From Ylistrum balloti (lineage: Eukaryota): a stretch of 64,000 nt of DNA. The position numbers and the translations under genes were made by a program. A model generated the notes under the pieces. The model saw only the letters and a list, made by a program, of their open reading frames with translations, was not told the origin of the DNA and did not search any database. Positions 51,640 to 64,000 of this stretch are shown in pieces. The stretch is from contig NW_026782623.1 in the NCBI RefSeq assembly GCF_031769215.1, positions 62,001-126,000 on the forward strand. Direction: 5' to 3'. Position 1 is the first letter of the stretch. The number at the start of each line of letters is the position of its first letter.

Positions 51640-54249
51640 GTAAGCCGTTTTAGATATTATACATACACCATTGATTAAAATTGATCATTAGTATTAAAAC
51701 ACTAATTCATAAAGTATTTAAATTCAAATTGCGTTTCTGAATTACCTTTATTATTTGTGCTGACACTTTGCCGTAGGCGCAATGACGATATTTTCTTATA
51801 AATTCCGCGGGAGGGGATAAAGTTATATTTTAACGGTCAATTATACATTTCCAGTCACTTTTTCTCTTGAAATTTTAAACTATGAAAATTATTTTTAAGT
51901 AAAACATACCGTTGAAGAGTTCTATAAATTAAGAAGGATGATTTTGTCAACAAGACTACTAATGTTGATTAAACAGCTAGAAGTTACTACTTTAACAAAC
52001 TACAATCGACGTGATCTTGAATTCATGGGCATTGTTAGGATAGCTTTTTTTAAAAGTACACCTTCAGATCTTAATGTTTAACTGCCCATGAGAGGAATTA
52101 TATATAATAACAATACCATTGAGTATCAAATGCGTCATGTAACATGCCAAAACCTAACTTTTATGTAAAAGAATGGCGTGCTATGCGTTTTAATGAAGTT
52201 TTAAAATCATTCTTCATGATAACGCATTCATATTCTTAAGGTAGAAAATGTATTAAATTTTAATACTTAATCTTAATACTGACTTGGTCCTAATTTAATC
52301 GTTTATTTTTTTCTTTCTGAGGTTGAATTACATCCCACCGAAAATAAACAATATATACTAACAAATGCCATTTTCCTATATAAATCATACTGTTAGTTAT
52401 CCCCTCTCTAAGGGCAACGAGACGTGGGGTGATACAACTTGCAATTTTGATAAACCACATGGAGACCTTTCTCTCTATGAGGAGTTTGATTTTCAAGTTT
52501 AACAGTATCTTGGTATGAGAAGATATACGCAAATTTCGCCCTTTAATCACCACCTTTTTGGCCTGTTGGGTTTGAAATCATACAATTTACAAGTTTACTT
52601 TATCATTGCCCACGAAACATTTATGCAAATTTAATTTAAATCGCTGCAAACTTTCAAGAAATCAGAAATGTGAAAATGTTAACAGGCGACATTACGCTGG
52701 ACAAAGATGGATCAGAAAATTCACGAAACTTCGGCCATGTCACCTAAAATGAAGACATGCTAACGAATGAAATATTTGGTCAAATGAAAACAAAAGAACA
52801 AATGTCATTTTAGCAAAAGTCTTCTTTCCAATTAACTGATGTTTGCGATAGATAGCTCAGGAAAACATTCGGATTTTGTATTTTATTCATTTATGTTTTC
52901 AATTTGTTTTCTCACTCTGAAAATAACAATTCATATGTCAGGGGTGGAAATTGAAGTCGGAGCATGTAAGCAAGTACAACACAAAAAGAGATTTGATTAA
53001 AAAAAATAGGATTTGAAAGGATTAAAGATTTCCCTCCCCTCCACAACAATTTTTTTCTAAAGTAAACATCCATTGAGTGTTTTCTCGTCATGTTCAGGAA
53101 AAGAAGCTAAAATACACACTGAAACTAATTTATTTGAACATGTCATTCACAATGAAAGATATCGGGAAGAGGGGGTAGGGCGGGGATGGCAGGGCAAGCC
53201 CCATTTTCCGGGAAATGTTCTCGTTAAGTACTCTCGGTCTCGGTACCATGTGACACAGAGCGTATTAAAATGATGTTAACGAAATGGTCATAACTTATGT
53301 TGTGTAAACATAAATCACAGAAAGAAATAACACGTGTCTCTTTCCTTGCAACTCCTCTTCTAACCAGCTTCCTGACCTATATCAGGCGACCTAAAAGGCC
53401 GATCATTGGGGACAGAAAGACAAAGATCGTGATCTGAATATCTGGTATTATTGGTTCATATATCAGGTATCCTGATATAACAGGGGAGAAACATGAATCG
53501 TTCAAAAAAGAGGACACAAAATTCTGACCGGAACAACGTACAATATATACAAACTATAACGCAAATATATCATTCATATCTCTAAAATTCGGGCGTCATG
53601 CTCATTAACATTCCCCCATGTATCGCTTGTAAACGGATAATTTGTTAACCGCCTGTAAAGTAACAAAATGACTCAATACAAGCTCGACTAAAGTTAAATT
53701 TAACTGGAAAATCTATAGCGTGTTTCATATATGTCAGGTTCTTGCTACTAAAGTGACGAAACAAAATGTATTTAGTGGACATTTGGAAAGAATGCTAGAC
53801 TTTATCCAGTAAAGTTTAGATCCGGAAAAAACTATATTGTACATTTGTTACATGATGACCATTAGAACTTTGTGTATGGTCCGTTCATTTAAACCCAATT
53901 CATGGTTCACATAAGCCGGCTTATTCGACGACGCACGGTTGGATATTGACATTTTAACGTTTGAAAATGAGGCTGGCAATTTTTGTACTAGTTGGCGGCT
54001 ACTTCATTCAACAACGTACAGAAGGCCCGTCGCATGCTGTCCAGAACAATTTGAGTTGAGTGTCTCGTCCAAAGATACAACTACGTCAGTATATACCTTT
54101 TAAACAATATGATAATACATCATTTTCCTGTAGTGTTTCCAACAACCATTGAGTTGTTCATAACTTTGTTAAAAAGGTTTCGATGGTGTAAACATTTGAC
54201 AAGTGCTATTTAATCGTCATTGTATTCCTCACAGACATATGTAACAAAG

Positions 54250-57200
54250 ATGGACCAAGCGGTTAAGAAGACAGGTAGCCATGCATCATTACGGGACAAG
54301 TCCGTCACTCGTGTGAGCGGACGAAAGCTGTTACGGACGCCAAAATGTGCCCGCTGTCGGAACCATGGAGTGGTGTCCTGTCTGAAAGGCCACAAGCGGT
54401 TCTGTAGGTGGCGCGACTGTCAATGTCCTAATTGTCTCCTGGTGGTGGAACGCCAACGCGTGATGGCAGCTCAAGTGGCACTCAGGAGGTACCTCTATAT
54501 TAAATGTTATATCTAAGATCAACAACATTTGCAGTTTTTAAATGACGATGAAGCAATGTCATCGACTTGACAGAAAACTTCGGTAATATTTTATAACTTC
54601 TTCGTGGTTAGTTATTATAAATCACCAATGTACCCTCTATAATGCACGGTAGCGTCGCAGTTATGGTGGGTGCGCAAATTTATCACCGCAGTAATATGTT
54701 ACAAAATGAAAATCCACTTATACTGAATTGAGCCAGTAGTATATAATAAATGTCATTTTAGTGATGTTTGGACAAATTTTGATTGGTTAAACTGATGATT
54801 TACTTTGTACCAAACATGTTGATATCAATTACATTTTGTATAACTAGTCACCCCCTTGTTGCGGTACAGAAAGCAGGTTTCTTTCACTGTCTGTTTACCG
54901 AGCATGCGCCATGCACGGCCTTTCGCTGGGTTTAATCAGCAGATATCGTGCGATCTACATAATTTCACTTGTTCGGTTTACACATACCACCCTCTACAAA
55001 TAAATATCGCCAAATTTCCAAAAGTCGCGGCTAATGTTTCACGGCCCAAGTTTACAATAAAGAAAATCATATGCACGTGATAGCCGAGGACCACCGTACT
55101 GTTGCCGGTCTGTTTTCTATACACGCCGCGCCGGAACGTCAACAAAAATAAATACAATACATCAGAGTATCGCTCGTTCTGTCTTTCGCTTTTACAAAAA
55201 ACATGAAAAATAACACAAGCTTTAAATCAAGGAAGTATTATATCTAAAAGAATTTATGTGTTTAAGAATACACATCTAGCTACATTATTATCTTTGGTAT
55301 ATTTAAAATCTGTCACGGAATTATCACCTCGTTCCCATGCACGGAGTTAATGCCTTGATACAGGCTATCAATTTAATGTCTGTTTACACTTACATTACGT
55401 TTCAATCAATATTGCTCCGTGCGTCCGGTCCGGTGTTTAGATTTGATCAGTAACGAATTAGAAGTAAGGAGATACCGACGTGGATAATCCTCGCCATATT
55501 GCATGCCGCTCGGGCAATAATCCACCCTAACAGGTGCGCGTGTCATGCACGGCGGGTCGAAAATTAAGCCTATTTTACCGAAAATTAATTCTGAAATAGA
55601 GTTACTTTTACTGATCAATGTCCTTTCATAATATCGCATTTCTTATCGCATTTATTTCCAGTTAAAGGAAATGAATGTCAACATGACACAAGATAGCAGA
55701 TAGTCACAGAGATCTAGAACACATTCAGCATTGGCAACAACGTTGGCACGAATTTGTTAAACTGAAAAATGAAGTGAAAGTTGGGAGTATGTAAGGGAGC
55801 GTTTTCAGAAAAGAAAACTCATCGTAGTATATCACTGAATGGGTCCGCAATAAACATATACCATCACACATAAATCTCCAAACCATTCCATCTATATATC
55901 TAATTGTTTATTTCCTATATACCCGTTCTTTGTCGGATACGATATCATCACATAATTCGCTTATTAGGTCACTGTTAAAACTGTCTGAGTTATGTGATAA
56001 AAAGTATCTTGTATTGGTATCATATGATATTTTATGAGTGTCTCCAAGTTTTGAGCTTTGCTCGCCTTGGATCCTATAGTTACGCAATCTCCCAGACTAC
56101 GTTTAACATAAACGTACTAATTTCATTCTTGCTAGACATGGAGTTTACAGTGTGTACTTGTGTTTTGTTTCTTCCTTGCTAGACATGGAACTTATTGTCT
56201 GTTGCTGCGTTTTGTTTCGTCCTCGCTAGACATGGAACACATATTCTGTACCTGTTTTATTTCGTCCTTCCTAGACATGGAACCTGTAGTCAGTACTTGT
56301 TTTATTTCGTCCTTCCTAGACATGGAACATATATTCTGTACTTGTGTTTTGGTTTCGTCCTTCCTAGACATGGAAGCTGTAGTCAGTACTTGTTTTATTT
56401 CGTCCTTCCTAGACATGGAACATATATTCTGTACTTGTGTTTTGTTTCGTCCTTACCAGAGATGGAGCCTATAATCTGCGTTTTGTTTCGTCCTTGCGAG
56501 AAATTGGTCCTAGTGCTTGTACCTGTGTTTTGTTTCGTCCTTACCAGAGATGGAGCCTATAGTCTGTGTTTTGTTTCGTCCTTGCGAGAAATTGGTCCTA
56601 TGGTTTGTACCTGCGTTTTGTTTCGTCCTTACCAGAGATGGAGCCTATAGTCTGTGTTTTGTTTCGTCCTTGCGAGACATTGGTCCTATGGTTTGTACTT
56701 GTGTTTTGGTTTCGTCCTTTCCAGATATGGAGCTTATAGTCTGTGTTTTGGTTTCGTCCTTGTTAGACATGGAACCATAGTCTGTAATTTTGTTTTATTT
56801 CGTCCTTCCTATACATGGAACATATATTCTGTACTTGTGTTTTGTTTCGTCCTTGCTAGACATGGAACATATTTTCTGTACTTGTGTTTTGTTTCGTCCT
56901 TACCAGACACGGAGCTTATATTCTGTACGTGTGTTTTGTTTCGTCGTTGCGAGACATTGATCCTATGGTTTGTACTTGTGCTTTGGTTTCGTCCTTTCCA
57001 GATATGGAGCTTATAGTCTGTACTTGGGTTTTGTTTCGTCCTTGCAGACATGAAGCATATAGCTGTTTTGTTTCGTCCTTGCCAGACACAAATCTGCACA
57101 TTTGTTCTTGCCAAACAGTCTTACATGTACAAATATATCTTGTGTCGTCCTTTCGAGATATGAAGCCTATTTGTTGTTTTGATCTTACCAGACTCAAAGA

Positions 57201-58503
57201 CAACCGTTTGAATTTGTATTCTGTTGTTTAGCGAAGTTGTTCGGCCTTGCCGGACACTGTTTTGTTTTTCACCAAGCCGGTTATTCACGACACAAACACT
57301 AAGTTTTCAGTTTGTAATTCAATTGTTTTTGTCCTCGACAGAAAAAGAGCTTTCATTTTGATCTCCATCTTGTAAAGTTTTATTTTCATGCCACCAACAA
57401 AATTTCTAGCTCCATTTTTGTTTTGTCTTGCCTAGCACAACGTGTTAAGTATATTCGTTTCGATGTTTTGTCTCCCCCAGACGCAAAGCTGCCCGTTTCT
57501 ATTTTCATTATAAACAATCTTTCAATCTTTAACCTTCTTTTTGTTGTTTTGTCCTTGTCAGACACCAAGCCTCAGAGATGACCATCAATTTGAAGGACAA
57601 AGTCAAGACGGCAACACAAATACTCCAACAACGCAAACTGCTACAGCGCAATCTCAGAAGCCTACAACAACATTCAATGCCACGTGATGTACTTTCCAGT
57701 AAGTTTTTTGGCGCGGATTGATCTTGTTTCTAATCATTCATTTTTGTTAAAAATCTTTAAACATACATTTAAAGCATATGAGATTCAGTTTGAAACGAAT
57801 TCAAATTAACGCATTTTCAATATATTTTACAGAGTACAGATGCAAACCAGCAATTTACAACTCAGAGGAAAAACACTTGCCTCCTATTTTCAATGAACGC
57901 ATGCGCAAAAGAAGATGTTTTGCGGATAAAGAGCTTGAACTTGCAATGTTTGAACGTGAAAGACAAAACGAAATGTTACAAACGAAAGTAAAAGGAAGTA
58001 ACTCCCTAGAAACCGGACATTCTCTAACCGGACTTGTTGGGATGGACACCTCAGAGATGACAACTGCGTCGCCTTGTGCACCACGTGATGTCTTACAGCA
58101 AGTCTTTCCCTTTCACAGCTCGAGTGTGTTAGAACTGGTCTGGCAGGGTTGTCATGGAAATCTCCAGAAAGCTATTCAACAAATCGCATGCAATGTACCA
58201 CGCATCCAGTCATGTCTTTCTTCAGTTCCGGTAGCGGATATTGTTCATCGTAACATGTTTCCTTTTATCAAAGATTCCAACTATATGGGCCTAGAGCATG
58301 TGAAGGGACCGGATGTTAATGTCTCCGGTCTTTTGAACAAGTGTAAGACGAACGAAAATACAAAAAATGTGGATATACCAATTTGTGAATCAAACGACAC
58401 TAAAGCGCGAGAAAAATATACAAGACACGCTAATGGTGAAGTAGTGGCAACTAAAACAGCCAGGCTCAAGTTTTCTGTTGCTGCAATTATCGGAGAATCA
58501 TAA
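54250..58503 (+). CDS. Dmrt2: Doublesex/mab-3 related transcription factor, Dmrt2 (Dmrt11E) type, with DMA domain
   Basis: Exons 54250-54488, 57562-57698, 57833-58503 (348 aa). The DM domain [50 protein letters not shown] and the downstream motif [14 protein letters not shown] match what I recall for vertebrate DMRT2. DMA-like segment [33 protein letters not shown]. Confidence 0.88.
56120..57561 (+). repeat. Degenerate array of about 45 bp resembling the Dmrt2 exon-2 acceptor
   Basis: About 24 recurrences of GTTTTGTTTCGTCCTT(G/A/C)C(T/C/G)AG|A(C/G)A, decaying toward the true site TTGTTTTGTCCTTGTCAG|ACAC. Confidence 0.8.
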
Positions 58504-61500
58504 CATTGTGCGCCCCTTTAGAATGTGTGCGAGTCAATGAATGAGAGTTATACTGTTTAACTCCGCCAAACAGGACAACAGTAGTACATTTACACCTCCA
58601 TCACAGGAGATTTCGATAAATAATGTGTCTCCTTCATAGAAAAGTTAACACAATAATCAACATCAGTTCTTCGTCACATTTCCCTATCCTATGATTTTTC
58701 CCCTTTATTTTGTATCTATTTAATACAAATATTCTTTTTATCAGTCATGTTGTAACACTGTATCGACAAACTATTTATTTTGTATATAATTGTACAGAGG
58801 CTTTGTACAGATAACCTATTGACCTTATCAATTATCACCTAGAAACTACAACGACAGTATTGTAATATGGATCCTTATCTACATGTAGTATATGTAGAAA
58901 AAGTTGCTTGAAGTAAATGTATTTGAAGTTAAGAGAATGAAGTCAAATGAAATTAATTTGTTTCTTAATAAAATGTTTTAAGAGAATCTGTGTTCTACAC
59001 GAGTTATCTCAGGAACCCAAAAATATAAAGTTCTGTAATGTAAACTATAAGAAATTAACATAAATACTGTTACATTAGAGACGCATATAACATGTGTTAT
59101 ATAAGTCTTTTTTGCCGTCATTCATTAACAAACTGACTGTATTCCCAAATTAGATTCGTCACTTGAATCATCAATACTTGACAACGTTTAGCCACTCTGA
59201 GGCTCAAACTGTTCAGATAAAATAACAAACTTTACTTCTAGGTCGTTTTATGATGTCGGACATGCTGATTTAAAAGAGGTGGTCGATTTAATGTACACGA
59301 CCTTCATTAACACTGCTAATATAAATGTGTCCAGTGGGGAAACAACTCTAGATATTTTCATTTCTTCGGTAGTTTGCAGGTAAAAATAGTACTACCTCTA
59401 TACATAATGCAATACATCGCAATTTTCTTTAATCATTGTCTAATGATTTTTTTTTCGCGAATTTTCATTACCGGTCACCTTTAAGTAAACAACGACAGCG
59501 GGTTTACCGTGTAACTGACATGTAAAAGTTCTGTACTGTAGCCTCTCTTGTTAGCCTTGTGTCATAATGAAGCTGTTTTTGACGATCTGTCGATATCGAG
59601 TTGTATGAGCTATATGAGTTGACGTTTTCCCGTGTTAACAGTTGTTTTTCTTCCCAGGTCCATTTGGGGAATGTTAGAAAGACGCGTGGCATTTGGTGGG
59701 CATACCCTTTCACATCACTGTGGATACTAAAATAACATGGCAACATTGCATGACTTAAGTAAGAAAACCAAACCTGTCCGTGGGCTAGTGAAGTATAAAA
59801 GATTAATCTCATGTCGTGGTTCATCCGTCAGTCCAGAGTCAATAATTTTCTTTAAAGTAACATCTTGATGTATTTCTAGTAGCCATGGATAACCGATTGT
59901 TTTAATTACAGCACATTTGCATGTGACCAATTACGGAAATCGGGCGCCGTAATGATCGGGTCTAAGGAACAGCTGTGTGTTGTCACTATCATGTACTATA
60001 GACCAATGATTGAGTTTCACCGCATCAACAATCAAAGAAATGGTTAAGACTCCAATTACCAAGTCATGTATTTATATGAAGCCCTCTCTGTTTAAATTAA
60101 CAGCCATCCGAACATATTTTGGCAATATTTAACAGAAATCAAAGTATCATGTGTCGCTAGCATCGCCAAGATAGCCACATCACAGCTTACGATGTGCATT
60201 TTTTCAATATTTACTTTGACAATTTACATTTTCTCTCCTCTAGATAAGAAGAGCGATACGGCTTGGTGCGGCGGTATCGGTAGCATGCCATATACCTATC
60301 TGTAACGGAACCTAGTTTGATAAACGGCACGGATCACGGATCGAGTTTCCTTTATACTTCCATCCCATGTTATCATTTAAGAATTGAGATGTTCAATCTG
60401 GACTGTTATATAGCGCCGCCTTCATCGCGTAAAGCACGCGCACAAAACTACCCTTGTCACGTAAAAAGATACAACTTGATTTAGTCACAAACATGGATAG
60501 AGTTCGTATGACTGTCGATTCCCTAACCATGGATGATTAGTCATCAGTTATCAAATATGTATGATATTTACTTCTTACCCCTCCGCTAACCCATGAGGGT
60601 AGGATCCTTTACCCCCAAAGTCCGGTACATGGATACGATTAACGGGACACTCCATTCGAGATTCGCACAAATATTGTATTCACTTTAAAACAGATTTTTA
60701 TTTTGACTTAGAGAAACGATCTCAGAAATAATAAATAACGTATACAAATCATTGGTTTGGTAATCAAACTTCCGCACCCCTCTTTCTGAAACCGCCATAC
60801 CCACTTTTAAGAAATACCAAATCCTTAACATCTTGTACACATATTCAAAGACACAATATACATTTTACATATTTATCAAACGTTGTTTTATCAACGGAAA
60901 CACCATTAAGAGTTAACTTGACAATGGCCAAGAACGCAATTGCTGTACATATCTGGAATTTCTTCAACCATCTCCATTGATAAGGATCTTTGGTAAAATA
61001 TCCAAATATTCGCCCAGCCATAATGACGTCGTTAAAAATCTTACACTGTAGACCAATAGCGGTCGTGTGTGGCCATGTCAGTCAGACCTGAACAAGCGAC
61101 GACAGGAATCGGTGAATTACGGCTATGATCGTGATTTATCGCCATCTATCGGCCGGAATTTGGTGTGACTGATGAAACAGTAATGTTTGTAAGGGAAATC
61201 CTGCTTTGAACTAGATACAACGGTTTTACAGACCAGTACAAAACTTTTAAATAGCTTCTTGGCAAAAAGGCGGGGCCACACAAATGGATAGTTGTACGGC
61301 ATGCAGTGTATCTGACAAATAGCATGTGTTAGAAATCAAAATGAAACCATCGCCCGGGGTAGAGATACAAATGATAGCGACCTTATAGTTGTAAGATGTT
61401 GATTGAAGTGGTATTTAATTTTAAAGAAACTGACTTAATGATGTAAAATCTTTTAAAAAGAAAAACAATCAGAATTTCATTCATGAAAGGCACAAGGAGC

Positions 61501-61931
61501 TTTAATATCACCATTTCTATGTGTATTCATGCATAGTCTTTAAATATTTTATCAAAATTCTGTAATCGGGTATGTAAACTTAGTGTAGGCAGGGTTCATG
61601 TACAACAGTATTCATTCTTCATTTTGTTGATCTTTAACAAAGTCTGTATTTTTGCAATTAAGTGTACAACAGAAAGTTGAGGACACAACCATGGCGTTTC
61701 ATTAAGTCCGTACTACATGTATATACTGACCCGATGACAAAAAGTATCATTTTATGCATTTCTAGTTAGTGTATTGGAAAATCAATAGTTATAACATGTG
61801 CATTAAAAACAGGCGTTGTATTGGCAATTATCTCCAAGTTTAGTCTTCACCAACGGACTCAAATGGAAATAATACTTTGAAGTTGGTCGAGGTTCAATTA
61901 ATTAAGACTTTAAATATCGTCACTCTTCACA

Positions 61932-62993
61932 TCATAAACGTGCATCAGTGTAAATTTTCATCTGTTTCCATGCCCAAACGACCATTTGGGATTCATAGGT
62001 CGGCCTATTAAACAAATCAATGGTACAAAACAAAGGGCGACCCTTTAAACGAATCAAGGCTTACAAAACATTGGCCGGCCCTTCAAACACACCAATGGGT
62101 ACAAAACATTGGCCGGCCCTTCAAACACACCAATGGGTACAAAACATTGGCCGGCCCTTCAAACACACCAATGGGTACAAAACATTGGCCGACCCTTCAA
62201 ACACACCAATGGGTACAAAACATTGGCCGACCCTTCAAACACACCAATGGGTACAAAACATTGGCCAGCCCTTCAAACACACCAATGGGTACAAAACATT
62301 GGCCAGCCCTTCAAACACACCAATGGGTACAAAACATTGGCCGACCCTTCAAACAAAACAACGAATAAAAGACATTTGCAGACCCTTCAAACAAAACAAC
62401 AGAAAAGAAATTTGCAGACCCTTCAAACAAAACAACAAATACAAGACATTTGCAGACTCTTCACACAAAACAACAAATAAAAGACATTTGCAGACCCTTC
62501 AAACAAAACAACAAATAAAAGACATTTGCAGACCCACATCAAACAAACTAGTGGGTACAAAACATTGGCCGGACCTTCAAACAAAACAACAGATAAAAGA
62601 CATTTTCAGACCCATTAAACAAACCAGATATTGAACACCATTTACTTTGAAGCAATAATCTAGTTCGTACACAAATCACTACTGTAACCAGAAAGTATCA
62701 ACATCAACACATTTAGTCTTAGGATTTTGGTAATTAAAACATCTCACCTTTTGACCATGAAAATGTGCCCACCCTCCATTTTCAAATATGATTTCCCCTC
62801 AATCAATTCCGGGTCTCTGAAAGCAAAACAACATACAGAAAAGTAGTGTAAAACAATTTTTTGTAAAACAACAACAGTTAGTCATTTTTATCATTTCTAA
62901 ATTTTCTCGACTTTTTTGTGCGGAGTGACAAAGTGTTTGCCACTCTGTGACCAAGTATTTGTACCTCCTACTTTTAACGGACACAGAAATAAA
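61932..62993 (-). CDS. 3' coding exons of an unidentified gene that continues beyond the window
   Basis: Exons 62965-62993, 62748-62816 and 61932-62004 have GT-AG sites and compatible phases, giving FISVSVKSRRDPELIEGKSYLKMEGGHIFMVKRPTYESQMVVWAWKQMKIYTDARL*. No family recognised. Confidence 0.5.
62000..62630. repeat. 38-bp minisatellite
   Basis: Unit GGGTACAAAACATTGGCCGACCCTTCAAACACACCAAT, with diverged copies at both ends. Confidence 0.9.
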
Positions 62994-63089
62994 CTACATA
63001 TTGAAGATGCTAATGTTTGACACAACGTGTGCATGGCCAACAACCATCCTGTAGTAACCATAGCAAATGTCAGCATCATGACAAGTATG

Positions 63090-64000
63090 ACATAAACTGG
63101 TCATGTACATTGTCAGTAAGTATGGTCAGTTTAACATAGACTGGTCGTGTACATTGTCAGCAAGTATGGTCAGTTTAACATAGACTGGTCCGTTTAACAT
63201 AGACTGGTCCTGTACATTGTCAGTAAGTAGGTCAGTTTAACATAGACTGGTCCTGTACATTGTCAGTAAGTATGGTCAGTTTAACATAGACTGGTCCTGT
63301 ACATTGTCAGTAAGTATAGTCAGTTTAACATAGACTGGTCCGTTTAACATAGACTGGTCCTGTACATTGTCAGTAAGTATGGTCAGTTTAACATAGACTG
63401 GTCCTGTACATTGTCAGTAAGTATGGTCAGTTTAACATAGACTGGTCCTGTACATTGTCAGTAAGTATGGTCAGTTTAACATAGACTGGTCCTGTACATT
63501 GTCAGTAAGTATGGTCAGTTTAACATAGACTGGTCCTGTACATTGTCAGTAAGTATGGTCAGTTTAACATCAGTAACTGGTCAGTTTAACATAGACTGGT
63601 CCTGTACATTGTCAGTAAGTATGGTCAGTTTAACATAGACTGGTCCTGTACATTGTCAGTAAGTATGGTCAGTTTAACATAGACTGGTCCTGTACATTGT
63701 CAGTAAGTATAGTCAGTTTAACATAGACTGGTCAGTTTAACATAGACTGGTCCTGTACATTGTCAGTAAGTATGGTCAGTTTAACATAGACTGGTCCTGT
63801 ACATTGTCAGTAAGTATGGTCAGTTTAACATAGACTGGTCCTGTACATTGTCAGTAAGTATGGTCAGTTTAACATAGACTGGTCCTGTACATTGTCAGTA
63901 AGTATGGTCAGTTTCAGTTTAACATAGACTGGTCCTGTACATTGTCAGTAAGTATGGTCAGTTTAACATAGACTGGTCCTGTACATTGTCAGTAAGTATG
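63090..64000. repeat. 44-bp minisatellite running off the end of the window
   Basis: Unit AACATAGACTGGTCCTGTACATTGTCAGTAAGTATGGTCAGTTT. Confidence 0.95.

Noticed and set aside
54250-58503. Initial call as the mollusc male-biased Dmrt1-like gene
   Set aside because: The DM-domain residues and the RMRKRRxFADKELE motif fit Dmrt2/11E better.
1-64000. Frequent TACATGTA / TGTACA words shared by several satellites
   Set aside because: They are also abundant in unique sequence throughout the window, so they reflect background composition rather than a shared element.

Overview
Eukaryotic, AT-rich, intron-rich genomic DNA, most likely a bivalve mollusc (inferred from the mollusc-type GH45 cellulases and the repeat landscape). 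Spliced genes reconstructed by hand, with reading phase checked at each GT-AG junction: a CYB5RL-like NADH-cytochrome b5 reductase (minus), a six-finger C2H2 gene (minus), mitochondrial prolyl-tRNA synthetase PARS2 (plus, 13 coding exons, about 480 aa), two tandem GH45 endoglucanases (minus), a Dmrt2-type gene with a DMA domain (plus), and the 3' end of an unidentified gene (minus). Roughly 30% of the window (hand estimate) is minisatellite, and nearly every array has its own unit. There are also MITEs, Helentron-like elements and a decayed CR1/L2-type ORF1. The main observation is that several intronic minisatellites are tandem amplifications of the neighbouring splice junction itself (exon end plus GT donor, or acceptor AG plus exon start). 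This includes two independent arrays at the same paralogous donor in the two GH45 genes, and a PARS2 intron built almost entirely of a donor array followed by an acceptor array. All gene models and identities come from reading the sequence and recalled family motifs; no searches were run.
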